DNA of 64,000 nt from Escherichia phage vB_EcoM_JNE01, in the sequence record OR670491, one strand, 5' to 3'. How positions within the stretch are numbered: position 1 is the first letter of the stretch; each line of letters opens with the position of its first letter. The translations under genes and the position numbers were made by a program. Positions 18,316-27,088 of the stretch are shown here, piece after piece. The notes beneath the pieces are model-generated. The model was not told the origin of the DNA, did no database searches, and saw only the letters and a list, made by a program, of their open reading frames with translations.

Positions 18316-18990
18316 ATGAAACTCAATAATTACAGTAAACAATACCTAAAGCATTTTAAGTACCTCAAAAGCATTAAGGCTGAATCTATCACCAGCAGCT
18401 ACGTTTACAGCCCTAATGTACTAAAACAATTAAAGTACAAGAAAGAAAAAGTATCAAAGAACCTCAAAAAGTTTCTTAAGCACAAAGACGCAAAGATTCA
18501 GTACTTGAACATTAAAAACGATCATCCAGTACTAAGCCTCAATACAAGTCTAAAGAATCTGGATAACTCTTCATTTATGCTTGAGTTCAATATAAATGAA
18601 AATACTCCAGCGGTTTTTACAATTGCGTATAATAAAGCACAAATCTTTTTAGGTGCAAAAACCGCACTTAAACTCAGTAAAGCACAATTCTGTTTAGGTG
18701 ACCAGTACTACGTAGGTAGTGTACATATTGAACTCGAAAAAGATATGTACTTCGGTAGTACCCACGATAATCCAGAACATAAAGATACTATTGACTTCTT
18801 CAGGAATCTCCCTAAAGAGTATTCAGAAGATGAAATGTTCCAGTGGAGTACTATTATTAAAGACCCACATCTTTGCTACGAAGTGTATAAGAAAGTACAA
18901 GGGATTAAACAAATGATTAAAGAAAATAAAAAAATGTACCAACTCTTGCAGTTCTTAACCGGAGAAAATCTAATTGTTCAAAGACCATAA
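18316..18990 (+). CDS. hypothetical protein with FQ-S motif (EDEMFQWSTIIKD)
   Basis: 224-aa ORF inserted in the YY array. Confidence 0.55.
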   Translation: MKLNNYSKQYLKHFKYLKSIKAESITSSYVYSPNVLKQLKYKKEKVSKNLKKFLKHKDAKIQYLNIKNDHPVLSLNTSLKNLDNSSFMLEFNINENTPAVFTIAYNKAQIFLGAKTALKLSKAQFCLGDQYYVGSVHIELEKDMYFGSTHDNPEHKDTIDFFRNLPKEYSEDEMFQWSTIIKDPHLCYEVYKKVQGIKQMIKENKKMYQLLQFLTGENLIVQRP

Positions 18991-19168
18991 AGAGTACTAC
19001 AGAAATCAACTCCCAAAGGAATGGCAAATAACATTAGAAACTAACCTAGCACAGATATATACCCAGAAGTTTCTTGCTATGACATGGGAGCACTGCATTG
19101 AGTCAGTACTGAATTCTTCAAATGAATCACAATATCTCAATACTCTTTTACTTGTATATAAATTCTAA
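18974..19168 (+). CDS. YY-family small protein (TTG start)
   Basis: TTG directly after in-frame TAA, SD GGAGAA 8 nt upstream; HKEYY ... QYLNTLLLVYKF. Confidence 0.45.
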   Translation: MFKDHKEYYRNQLPKEWQITLETNLAQIYTQKFLAMTWEHCIESVLNSSNESQYLNTLLLVYKF

Positions 19169-19181
19169 AAAGGAATAACAA

Positions 19182-19388
19182 ATGCAATTCCATGAACATA
19201 TGGAGTACTACAGAAAACAACTACCAGAACCTTTATCGATGATAATCGGTTCCAGAAGTTTAATAAGTAATCCCAATTTTCATATGCGTAGTCACTATAA
19301 ATGTACTGCTTCAATTTGTAATGGAACTGCTCACAATGAACCGCACCAGCATCTATACCAAATCCTTAAACTAATATATCAGTACTAA
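19182..19388 (+). CDS. YY-family small protein
   Basis: HMEYY ... LYQILKLIYQY. Confidence 0.55.
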   Translation: MQFHEHMEYYRKQLPEPLSMIIGSRSLISNPNFHMRSHYKCTASICNGTAHNEPHQHLYQILKLIYQY

Positions 19389-19391
19389 ATT

Positions 19392-19583
19392 ATGCACGAA
19401 TATAAAGAGTACTACAAAGATAAAATCCCAAAGTTTCTACAATACCAAATACCAGATGCTGCACTAGGAATAAATGATGTGCACACCTGTACAAGATTCT
19501 ATCAATGCACTGAAAGTTTTCTGGTAGATGATTATGACCAATGCAAGGTGTACTATGTTATTTCACTAATATATAGGTACTAA
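19392..19583 (+). CDS. YY-family small protein
   Basis: MHEYKEYY ... VYYVISLIYRY. Confidence 0.55.
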   Translation: MHEYKEYYKDKIPKFLQYQIPDAALGINDVHTCTRFYQCTESFLVDDYDQCKVYYVISLIYRY

Positions 19584-19586
19584 ATC

Positions 19587-19766
19587 ATGCACAACGATTT
19601 CTATATACAAAAACTTATCGACGCTGGCCTGGAAAGCTTCCCGATAAATCCTGTACAAACAAAAGGATTGCACTGGTACTTCATCCCCTGTACTAAAGCA
19701 TGTATAAACCCCAGCAATTACAAGGATCTATACCACAATATATTAATACTCGCATTGAGGTACTAA
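19587..19766 (+). CDS. YY-family small protein (59 aa, absent from ORF track)
   Basis: hand-translated MHNDFYIQK...LYHNILILALRY. Confidence 0.45.
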   Translation: MHNDFYIQKLIDAGLESFPINPVQTKGLHWYFIPCTKACINPSNYKDLYHNILILALRY

Positions 19767-19769
19767 ATT

Positions 19770-19952
19770 ATGCAAGAACACTTGGAGTACTACAGAAGCC
19801 ATCTCCCAAAGAAGGCACAAAGAAACTTCGACCAACAATATATAAACCAAAAGAATCAGTTCTATAATGCATTCTATTCGTCTATGAAAACTATTGCTAT
19901 ACAAGGCAAAGACCCGTACTATAGCATCCTGAACATCATCTTCAAGTACTAA
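19770..19952 (+). CDS. YY-family small protein
   Basis: MQEHLEYY ... YYSILNIIFKY. Confidence 0.55.
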   Translation: MQEHLEYYRSHLPKKAQRNFDQQYINQKNQFYNAFYSSMKTIAIQGKDPYYSILNIIFKY

Positions 19953-19955
19953 AGC

Positions 19956-20141
19956 ATGTACAGAGACTTCTATATAAGTAAACTTAATCCTGTACTACAA
20001 ACTCGTATTCCTCCAGCGAAATTTATCCTCAAAACAAAAGCACAAAGGTATGAGTTCAAAAAGTGTACAAAAGAAATACTCAGTACTAAAAGTAATAAGA
20101 ACATATACTATCAAGTACTCGTCCTTATATTCAAGTACTAA
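19956..20141 (+). CDS. YY-family small protein
   Basis: MYRDFY ... YYQVLVLIFKY. Confidence 0.55.
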   Translation: MYRDFYISKLNPVLQTRIPPAKFILKTKAQRYEFKKCTKEILSTKSNKNIYYQVLVLIFKY

Positions 20142-20161
20142 AGTACTAAAGGAATAAACAT

Positions 20162-20356
20162 ATGCAACACCAGCACAAATTGTACTACACGCAATTTCTT
20201 AATCAGCAACTACAACAATTTATACCTAATGAACCATTACCATATGATCATCCCCTGGGTGCACGCGTTTTCAAAAGAACTATTAATGAACTATTGAGTA
20301 CTACCGACGACGATTCCCTGTACTACTGCTTAATTAAACTTATATATAGGCACTAA
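20162..20356 (+). CDS. YY-family small protein
   Basis: KLYY ... YYCLIKLIYRH; SD AAGGA. Confidence 0.55.
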   Translation: MQHQHKLYYTQFLNQQLQQFIPNEPLPYDHPLGARVFKRTINELLSTTDDDSLYYCLIKLIYRH

Positions 20357-20357
20357 T

Positions 20358-20552
20358 ATGCAACTCCTGCACAGAGAATACTACACACAATTCCTTAAAG
20401 AGAACTACAGAGATTCAGTCCCCGTAACTCCTTTTGACCCAAATAACCCAAGTTCAATCTTCCTCTTTAACGACGCAACACGTACTGCACTCTGTACTAC
20501 CAATAAACATTGGCACTACGCATTTGTACTTATACTTATATACAGACACTAA
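20358..20552 (+). CDS. YY-family small protein
   Basis: REYY ... HYAFVLILIYRH. Confidence 0.55.
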   Translation: MQLLHREYYTQFLKENYRDSVPVTPFDPNNPSSIFLFNDATRTALCTTNKHWHYAFVLILIYRH

Positions 20553-20561
20553 GGCACTAAC

Positions 20562-20747
20562 ATGAATGAGCACAGAGAGTACTACATAAAGAGACTTCAC
20601 CCCGACCTACGAGATACTATACCATTCGTTCCACATAATATACATGAACCCGTAGTGCAGTACTACTTTAATATAACAGTACAAGCCGCATTAAGTGAAT
20701 ATAGACTTGAGTACTTCACTGTACTAAAACTTATATATAAGTACTAA
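20562..20747 (+). CDS. YY-family small protein
   Basis: HREYY ... YFTVLKLIYKY. Confidence 0.55.
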   Translation: MNEHREYYIKRLHPDLRDTIPFVPHNIHEPVVQYYFNITVQAALSEYRLEYFTVLKLIYKY

Positions 20748-20812
20748 CCCCTTGACATATACTCCAAGAATGATATACTACTTTCTATATAGAAACAATA
20801 CAGAGATAACAT

Positions 20813-21022
20813 ATGCACGAACATAAAGATTTCTATGTAAGCCAACTCCCCGTAATAGACCAATTCTGGTTAGCTGATGCAGCACCGTGTAATACAGATA
20901 CTAAGTACGGACAATTGTGCTTTGTTGAATCTATAAAGAAAGTACTACAACAAGATAAAACTAAGTACCGTAAAGAAAAAGACTTGTACTTTAATATAGT
21001 AGAACTTACCTTTATGTTCTAG
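20813..21022 (+). CDS. YY-family small protein
   Basis: HKDFY ... LYFNIVELTFMF. Confidence 0.5.
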   Translation: MHEHKDFYVSQLPVIDQFWLADAAPCNTDTKYGQLCFVESIKKVLQQDKTKYRKEKDLYFNIVELTFMF

Positions 21023-21080
21023 TATAGAGAATAGTACAGGATACTAAGGTCTAGATGTGTTCCTAGGGAAGCATTATAAC

Positions 21081-21190
21081 AGGCTTTAACATCTCGTAAA
21101 GATGTTAAAATTCAGCCTGCTCGACGTCTGAATTGTTAAAATTCAGCCTGGACAAATGCGATCACTAGGATTCTATCTAGGCTGAATCCC
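21081..21190. repeat. direct and inverted copies of GTTAAAATTCAGCCTG
   Basis: two direct copies (about 21104 and 21134) and inverted partial copies, in non-coding DNA. Confidence 0.5.
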
Positions 21191-21928
21191 GTAATCACAA
21201 GTACGCATATGTAATCATATATAAACATTTCCGTGAGAAGTTTTGAGTACTGTATAGTATTAAGAATCACCGTAGGAGCACAGAATGATTAAGAATGCAC
21301 GGGAATGATTCAGAATGATTCAGTACTGATATGTCACTAAGTAGGCAGAGGAAGTCTGCCGTACTTTTTAGTTTCCAAGCTCCTTTTCCATTTTTCAAAT
21401 TACATCAAATGCAATCAAAAGTAATCACGCAATGATTAGTACTGAATTATTACTTTCACCTTAATTTCAAATACCCGTTGACCCTTCGGGGTAAAATTCC
21501 ATTACCCCTTGAGGCTCCAGCAAAAAGTTGGTTAGTACTCCATCCTAAATCTCGATCCTAAAAATTTTGGAGTACCTATGAAATAAAAGTTGGATCTTCG
21601 AAAGTTGAAATTTACGTTGGGATGATTAGGATTTGTGAACTATAATGTAGTTCAAGTTGGAGTACAGAGTGAGAACAATCTAGAGTACTGAAAGATGAAA
21701 TAACATCTTGACAATACAATTCAGTACTGTATAATGTTGTACATAGGGTGAGGGAACGGCGGCAACTGTTCCTTAATCTCAGTATCATGTCGTGAGACAT
21801 TACGCAAGTTATATCCTCCTGTGCATAGTGCTGGTGGTTATCTCTTGAACCTCATTTTTTCTCGTGAACTAAACAGTACTGATATTAACAGAATGGTAGC
21901 AGTACTGATATTAATCTAATGCATTATG

Positions 21929-21948
21929 CCACCAGCTTGTGCTGGTGG
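21929..21948. repeat. perfect hairpin CCACCAGC-TTGT-GCTGGTGG (Chi octamer in both orientations)
   Basis: read directly; GCTGGTGG is the E. coli Chi sequence. Confidence 0.6.
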
Positions 21949-22162
21949 ATTCCCTCTAACAGTATTCAGTACTACATGATGGTCTTCATCCTCCTGGGGT
22001 AACATAGTGAAGGTTATGATGGCAGTACTGAATACTCCAAACTCAAGATGGATTAAGGGTGTAGTACTGACGGATTTTGGGTGTAGTTACCCTGGATGGA
22101 TTTTGGACGTAGATATGTCTAGCCCTCCAGAAGTCTGGAAGTAAAGATGGCTATCCATCTAG

Positions 22163-22238
22163 ACGGCTAAACGGCTAGATTTCTGGATGGCTGGACGTTT
22201 GGACGGCTAAACGGCTAAACGGCTAAACGGCTAAACGT
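22163..22238. repeat. tandem 8-mer ACGGCTAA (iteron-like) with GGATGG/GGACG satellites
   Basis: four perfect tandem copies at 22203-22234 plus two copies at 22163-22178. Confidence 0.6.
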
Positions 22239-22878
22239 CTGGATGTATGGATGGCTAAATCAAAATTTTATTTTGTTTTTTCCAATAGTTCCCCTACCGC
22301 GTGGGGATAGTTTCCCCGCAGTATCTGGTGTTAGATTTTTCTGAATCTGGAATCATTATCTTATAAACTGGGGGCAATGTCAACGGCCTGGACGGATATT
22401 TTTAAAAATTTTTTCAGTACTGAATTTTGGGCGTAACTATGCACCCGGTGGGCTTGAGTCTTTCTCGACTTGATGGAACTATTATACAGTACTGAAAAAA
22501 TAAAGCAATACCCTGGAAGCAAAAAAGTTTTAATTAATTTGCTTGCTATCCTGGGCCGGACTATGGTACTATATTTCAGTACTGAGAAAGTGCGTTTACC
22601 TGCTAGGGTGCGGGAGTGTATCCTTTTTTTATATCTTGAATTTTGGACGGATCTTCCCACCCCCTGGGGTATCCGCTTTCTCGCGTCTATGTAGTAATTA
22701 TACGCTTTTTCAGGATCAAGTCAATACCTAAAAACAAAATAATTGAAAATAATTTAACGCGTTTAAACGGCCCGTAACGCCCTGGAATGATTAGAATGGT
22801 GCAAATGTATAGCTTAGGTGTATTAATGCGTTAGAATGCGTCTGAGGCCGTTTTATGGGGTGTAGTAGTGATTTGGTT

Positions 22879-23045
22879 GATTCAGTACTGAATAATAGTA
22901 CTCCTATATAGAAAGATAGTTCCCCTGGATTGATTCAGTACTGAATGATAGTACTGAATAATAGTACTCCTATATAGAAAGATAGTTCCCCTGGATTGAT
23001 TCAGTACTGAATGATAGTACTGAATAATAGTTCCCCTATATAGAA
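22879..23045. repeat. direct repeat of a roughly 66-bp unit, about 2.7 copies
   Basis: unit GATTCAGTACTGAATGATAGTACTGAATAATAGTACTCCTATATAGAAAGATAGTTCCCCTGGATT; abuts first early promoter. Confidence 0.6.
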
Positions 23046-23077
23046 AGAAAACTATTTTAAAAGTATTTGTAGAAAGT

Positions 23078-23138
23078 ACTTGCACAGTACTGATAAAAGC
23101 GTATAATGTTTTACATCGAGAGCGGGAACTCTTCCCGC
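23078..23138 (+). promoter_or_regulatory. early-type promoter (TTGCAC-16-TATAAT, extended -10 TG) plus 5' stem-loop GCGGGAA-CTC-TTCCCGC
   Basis: consensus AGTACTTGCA...AGTACTG-TATAAT-GTTTTACATC then GC hairpin then SD. Confidence 0.55.
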
Positions 23139-23162
23139 TACACTTTAAGAGAGATTAATACG

Positions 23163-23525
23163 ATGGCGACTCAAATCACTAAAATCATTGCTAACCTGGT
23201 TAACTTCCGCGACGATATGAAAGATCTTCCGGCGGCAACGGTTAAAACTCACATTGACGCATACCGCGAACTGATTAAAATGCTGCCGCTTAAGCGTGAA
23301 CAATACGCCGCCACCGTGATGCTTGATGCGATGATCCATAAGATGATCGCCAGTGATTTAACGATGGCTTATCAGTATATGGGTGAATTGTTCGCGGTGT
23401 ATAGTAAACCAGTACCAGGAATGGAAAGTACAGAAGTATTACACGGTTTAAATTTAAAACAAGATGCATGGGATAATATGCCTCGTTTCCTGGTATGGGC
23501 TGACAGTGGCAAAATTTACGAATAA
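23163..23525 (+). CDS. hypothetical protein
   Basis: start moved to ATG at 23163 (MATQITKII) downstream of promoter hairpin; SD AAGAGAG. Confidence 0.6.
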   Translation: MATQITKIIANLVNFRDDMKDLPAATVKTHIDAYRELIKMLPLKREQYAATVMLDAMIHKMIASDLTMAYQYMGELFAVYSKPVPGMESTEVLHGLNLKQDAWDNMPRFLVWADSGKIYE

Positions 23526-23538
23526 GTTAAAAATTAGT

Positions 23539-23595
23539 TTGACAGTACTGAATAAAAGCGTATAATGTTTTACATCAGGTGGGGAATAGTTCCCC
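23539..23595 (+). promoter_or_regulatory. early-type promoter (TTGACA-16-TATAAT) plus 5' stem-loop GGGGAA-TAG-TTCCCC
   Basis: read directly. Confidence 0.55.
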
Positions 23596-23617
23596 ACTAT
23601 ATAAGAGGATTAAAAAA

Positions 23618-23857
23618 ATGGCTAAATCAAAAATGTTCTTAGGTCACAAAAATAAAACTCATTGGAATGTAAGCCTTTGGATTAATAACGATGAGGGATT
23701 GTATCGGTTGGCCCAGGACTTTATTAACGATAGCACTAATCGCAATGATGCGGCCCGTCATATGATGTTATTTTTAGAACAGACTGGACAAGATAAAACA
23801 CCGGACGGATTCAAATATAGCACTACTGCGATCCGTGCGGCAATGGTAGGAATGTAA
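23618..23857 (+). CDS. hypothetical small protein (paralog of 25659..25898)
   Basis: MAKSKMFLGHKNKTHWNVSLWINN...PDGFKYSTTAIRAAMVGM; SD AAGAGGA. Confidence 0.6.
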   Translation: MAKSKMFLGHKNKTHWNVSLWINNDEGLYRLAQDFINDSTNRNDAARHMMLFLEQTGQDKTPDGFKYSTTAIRAAMVGM

Positions 23858-23869
23858 TAGAATATATTT

Positions 23870-23906
23870 AAAGTACTATCATTTTTTTGCGATAGTACTT
23901 TATAAT
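23870..23906 (+). promoter_or_regulatory. dyad AAAGTACTATC-N10-GATAGTACTTT abutting TATAAT (operator-like)
   Basis: same dyad plus promoter upstream of the paralog at 36326-36364. Confidence 0.4.
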
Positions 23907-23943
23907 AGTGTTTTATTCATACACCAACGATAAGGGCAACAGC

Positions 23944-24210
23944 ATGAATATTAAGTATTTTGCGACGCGTGAACAAGCTCGGATCGCCGCTCGCCAGGAC
24001 GGGGCAACGTTTAAAGATATGGGCGTACAATCGGAACGTGGTAAACGTTGGGCCATTGTAAAGCGTAGTACCGCCAGATCATTACAGTACTGGTTAGCGG
24101 CCTTAAAAAGTCCCGATAGTGTATCGCGTCGAGTGGTAGAAATAAAGCTCGACCGAAAGGGCAACCGCGTGACCGTGTACCGTACTAAAAAGATAGCAGT
24201 ACTTGAATAA
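23944..24210 (+). CDS. hypothetical small protein (paralog of 36413..36808)
   Basis: MNIKYFATREQARIAARQDG...DRKGNRVTVYRTKK. Confidence 0.6.
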   Translation: MNIKYFATREQARIAARQDGATFKDMGVQSERGKRWAIVKRSTARSLQYWLAALKSPDSVSRRVVEIKLDRKGNRVTVYRTKKIAVLE

Positions 24211-24217
24211 AAAGTAC

Positions 24218-24276
24218 TTGCAAACTATGTTTAATGGCGTATAATGTTTTACATCGAGAGCGGGAACTCTTCCCGC
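24218..24276 (+). promoter_or_regulatory. early-type promoter (TTGCAA-16-TATAAT) plus 5' stem-loop GCGGGAA-CTC-TTCCCGC
   Basis: read directly. Confidence 0.55.
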
Positions 24277-24297
24277 CTATAACCTGGAGTAATAAAA

Positions 24298-24528
24298 ATG
24301 ACTAATATGTATATGACTGAAGTTAAAACCGTAAAAGATACTACCACGAATAAAACTACTTACTTACAGCGGATCTGCGGTGTATGGCAACGTATCAGCA
24401 AATCAAAGTACTTTAAATTAACATCATATGCAAATCGTTCGGATTCATTCAGTACTGAAATAAAAGGTAATAAAGTACACCAATACGGCACTTATTATTA
24501 TTACAGCCTGGACGCGATTGCAGTATAA
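24298..24528 (+). CDS. hypothetical small protein
   Basis: 76-aa ORF, SD GGAG. Confidence 0.6.
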   Translation: MTNMYMTEVKTVKDTTTNKTTYLQRICGVWQRISKSKYFKLTSYANRSDSFSTEIKGNKVHQYGTYYYYSLDAIAV

Positions 24529-24558
24529 GCAGTTTACAAATCTTTACAATTGCCGGTA

Positions 24559-24640
24559 TTGACTTATTTTGTCAGTACTGGCATAATGTATTCATTGGCA
24601 GATAAGCCGTAGCCCATAGGGTGCGGGAGTGTATCTATAG
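24559..24640 (+). promoter_or_regulatory. promoter (TTGACT/CATAAT) followed by conserved element AGCCCATAGGGTGCGGGAGTGTATCTAT
   Basis: seven copies of this element in the window, always downstream of a promoter. Confidence 0.45.
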
Positions 24641-24812
24641 AAAAATTAGTTTAGTATAGTTACAATTGTGCACCCGGTGGGTTAGCTGTTGTCATGGGGT
24701 ATATTATGCCAGTACTTGATAATTCTGTCAATACTTTTTTTTTACTATTCAGTACTGAAAACTATTTTTAAAAAGTACTTGCAAACTATGTTTAAAGGCG
24801 TATAATGTTTTA

Positions 24813-24895
24813 CATCAGGACGGGGAACGAAATAAGTAACTTCCCGTTAAGTAGCCCAGGAGTAAGGCACACGAAAAACTCCCCTGATAAAATAG
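24813..24895 (+). ncRNA. candidate structured leader / small RNA (about 80 nt)
   Basis: promoter-driven, no ORF, two hairpins; near-identical copy at 35214-35295. Confidence 0.3.
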
Positions 24896-24956
24896 TTTGA
24901 CAAATGTTTTTAAAAGCGTATAATACTTACATCAACTACTGAATGAGGGTTACAAA

Positions 24957-25568
24957 ATGAAAACTATCACTACTACTACTTTCGTTATGGATTTTTCTGA
25001 ATTGAACGCAGAACAACAAACGTCAGCTATCGAACTGGTTCGGGATCGTGAGCGTTCATGTGAGGATAATTTCTTTGCTGAGGGCGTTATCGAGTACTAT
25101 AAAGAAACAGTACTACCAGAATACGGCATAGATGAAGCTGAATTGCAATACAGTGGTTTTTGGTCGCAAGGTGACGGTGCATCAATCAGTACTGACAGCG
25201 TGGACGCAGTGAAGTTTTTACGCAAGATTAAAGCGTTAACGAAATATCGTTCTATCCGTCACTTGTTGAATGAAGATGATTTGGCAATGAGTGTAGAACG
25301 TTCACACTCTCGCTACGCACACGAAAACACGGTAAGCGGGTACATTGAATCGGCTTACACTGATTTAACCGCAAAACAAGAAACGTTAGTTAATGAGCTT
25401 GAGGAACTACTCACTGATACTATTCGTGAATTGTCCCGCAAGTTGTACCGTGATTTAGAGAATGCATATGAGGATCAATTCACTACTGAAAACATTACGG
25501 CACTGATTGAGGGTAACGAATATCAATTCAATGTTATTGATGGCGTAGTGGAATCAATCGAATATTAA
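24957..25568 (+). CDS. hypothetical protein
   Basis: 203-aa acidic ORF with its own promoter (TTGACA...TATAAT) and SD. Confidence 0.65.
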   Translation: MKTITTTTFVMDFSELNAEQQTSAIELVRDRERSCEDNFFAEGVIEYYKETVLPEYGIDEAELQYSGFWSQGDGASISTDSVDAVKFLRKIKALTKYRSIRHLLNEDDLAMSVERSHSRYAHENTVSGYIESAYTDLTAKQETLVNELEELLTDTIRELSRKLYRDLENAYEDQFTTENITALIEGNEYQFNVIDGVVESIEY

Positions 25569-25580
25569 TTTAAAAAGTAC

Positions 25581-25640
25581 TTGCAAACTAAGTTTAAAAG
25601 CGTATAATACTTTATATCGAGGCGGGGAGTGGTTCCCCGC
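25581..25640 (+). promoter_or_regulatory. early-type promoter plus 5' stem-loop GCGGGGA-GTGG-TTCCCCGC
   Basis: TTGCAA 25581-25586, TATAAT 25603-25608. Confidence 0.55.
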
Positions 25641-25658
25641 TCAAACGAGGATTTAAAA

Positions 25659-25898
25659 ATGGCTAGTACTAAAACTTACAACGGACACAAAAACAAAACT
25701 CATTGGAATGTAAGCCTTTGGATTAATAACGGTGAGTCATTGTATCGGCTTGCTCAAAGTTGCATCGCACAAAGTAGAACTAAAGATATTGCTGCGGAAT
25801 GTATGTACCGCAGATTAAAAGCCAACGGTACTACTACAACGCCGGACGGCTTTAAGTATAGCACTACTGCGATCCGTGCTGCAATGGTTGGAATGTAA
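25659..25898 (+). CDS. hypothetical small protein (paralog of 23618..23857)
   Basis: MASTKTYNGHKNKTHWNVSLWINN...PDGFKYSTTAIRAAMVGM. Confidence 0.6.
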   Translation: MASTKTYNGHKNKTHWNVSLWINNGESLYRLAQSCIAQSRTKDIAAECMYRRLKANGTTTTPDGFKYSTTAIRAAMVGM

Positions 25899-25955
25899 TA
25901 TTCAGTACTGAGATAATGGCGGGTAATAGTTCCCGCCTTTACTGAGGGTTATCTA

Positions 25956-26216
25956 ATGAGTAAAGTAATTAGCTATACAGCACTAAGCAAGACATTATCT
26001 ATTAGCCAGTGCACCGATGGTTATTGGCTATTTGATGAAACGCGTGGCATGAATTTAGCGATGCGTGCAAAAACTGCTGAGGCGGCGTATATTCAAGCAC
26101 TGGAATACTACCAGGAACGTTTAAAGGAAGTAGAAGAAGATTATAAAAGCCTCAAAGCGAAAGTAGATCATTTCGTCGGTCAATTCAACGAGGAAGACGA
26201 CGACAAACAATATTGA
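25956..26216 (+). CDS. hypothetical small protein
   Basis: 86-aa ORF preceded by hairpin GGCGGGTAATAGTTCCCGCC. Confidence 0.55.
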   Translation: MSKVISYTALSKTLSISQCTDGYWLFDETRGMNLAMRAKTAEAAYIQALEYYQERLKEVEEDYKSLKAKVDHFVGQFNEEDDDKQY

Positions 26217-26224
26217 AAAAGTAC

Positions 26225-26283
26225 TTGCAATTAGTTTTCAGTACTGTATAATGGTTTACATCAAAGGGAGAAATGGTTCTCCC
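26225..26283 (+). promoter_or_regulatory. early-type promoter plus 5' stem-loop GGGAGAA-ATGG-TTCTCCC
   Basis: TTGCAA 26225-26230, TATAAT 26247-26252. Confidence 0.55.
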
Positions 26284-26302
26284 TGGTAATGAGGAAAATA
26301 AA

Positions 26303-26524
26303 ATGGCTAATATCACTACTCTTTCCCAACTGGAAGCACTGGTGAAATCTATGCGGGAACATGCCGACAAAATCGGCGTACAAGATCCAGCCGTTTGCTT
26401 CTGCGACGAATTGAATGATGATACCCTGGTAATAGCAGAAGTCCAGGACGTTTCTAACTATTCCTCGCGTTACACTGGCGGCGTAGCAAATAAAGGCGAC
26501 TTCTGTTTATACCTTACAAAATAA
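26303..26524 (+). CDS. hypothetical small protein
   Basis: start moved to MANITTLSQ with SD GAGGAAA. Confidence 0.6.
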   Translation: MANITTLSQLEALVKSMREHADKIGVQDPAVCFCDELNDDTLVIAEVQDVSNYSSRYTGGVANKGDFCLYLTK

Positions 26525-26529
26525 CAACG

Positions 26530-26559
26530 CGGGGAGATAATAACTCCCCGTTACTTTTT
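26530..26559 (+). terminator. rho-independent terminator
   Basis: CGGGGAG-loop-CTCCCCG hairpin plus T-run. Confidence 0.6.
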
Positions 26560-26767
26560 CAGTACTGAATCATTTAATAGACGGATCTCGGCACCCGGTG
26601 GGTTAGTGACTGTTTCGTCTTGATGTAGTAATTATGCCAGTACTGGATGCACTTGTCAACAACTATTTTTCAAATACTTTTTATTAAAATACTTGCAATT
26701 AGTTTTTAAACGCGTATAATGTTTTGCATAGGGGGAGCGGTTCCCCTGGTAACTAAGGAATAATAAA

Positions 26768-27004
26768 ATGCTTGAACAAATCAAATCAACGTCTGCGAAT
26801 GTAACGGGAACGGTATCACACTTTACTAGTGATGAATCGCGTGGTGTTCCTTATTGTGCTGTACATGTAAACACTGATGGCAACTACTGGTTTACGGTTT
26901 ACGGATCATATTCATTTGGACGGCCAGGGCATCAAAAAATTCTGGATAAAGTACAACCAACGGGTAAAAATATCACTGCCGAAATGTTTTATAAAAAATC
27001 ATAA
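26768..27004 (+). CDS. hypothetical small protein
   Basis: 78-aa ORF with promoter, hairpin and SD upstream. Confidence 0.6.
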   Translation: MLEQIKSTSANVTGTVSHFTSDESRGVPYCAVHVNTDGNYWFTVYGSYSFGRPGHQKILDKVQPTGKNITAEMFYKKS

Positions 27005-27009
27005 AGTAC

Positions 27010-27068
27010 TTGCAATTAGTTTTTAGTACTGTATAATATTTTACATCGCAAGGGGAAACGGTTTCCCC
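27010..27068 (+). promoter_or_regulatory. early-type promoter plus 5' stem-loop GGGGAAA-CGG-TTTCCCC
   Basis: TTGCAA 27010-27015, TATAAT 27032-27037. Confidence 0.55.
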
Positions 27069-27088
27069 TGGTAACTAAGGATAATCAA

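Noticed and set aside
22361-22731. ORFs 22361-22660 (-), 22470-22694 (+), 22543-22731 (+) and 21612-21800 (-)
   Set aside because: Lie in the repeat-rich non-coding region, overlap one another, lack SD sequences and cross promoter or hairpin elements.
22879-23045. Possible CRISPR array (regularly spaced direct repeats)
   Set aside because: Repeat units are contiguous with no unique spacers, the unit is about 66 bp, and there are no cas-like genes nearby.
22882-23085. 67-aa minus-strand ORF with internally repeated sequence (TIIQYYHSVLNQSRGTIFLYRS twice)
   Set aside because: It is the translation of the 66-bp direct DNA repeats; no SD; lies in the non-coding control region.
21040-23100. tRNA genes in the non-coding region
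   Set aside because: Scanned by eye for T-loop (GGTTCGAAT-like) and acceptor/CCA features; none found. A tRNA scanner should be run to confirm.
23106-23525. Longer N-terminal extensions given by the ORF track (e.g. 23106, 23579, 25629, 34621, 37675, 38407, 41668)
   Set aside because: The extended starts lie inside the promoter or 5' hairpin and lack an SD; an SD-linked ATG just downstream of the hairpin is present in each case.
26185-26370. Family of minus-strand ORFs (also 28768-28980, 30512-30697, 33521-33775, 34025-34435, 38757-38942) sharing GRTISPLDVNYYTVLKTNCKYFF
   Set aside because: The shared peptide is just the reverse-strand reading of the repeated plus-strand promoter and 5' hairpin cassette; they overlap well-supported plus-strand genes.
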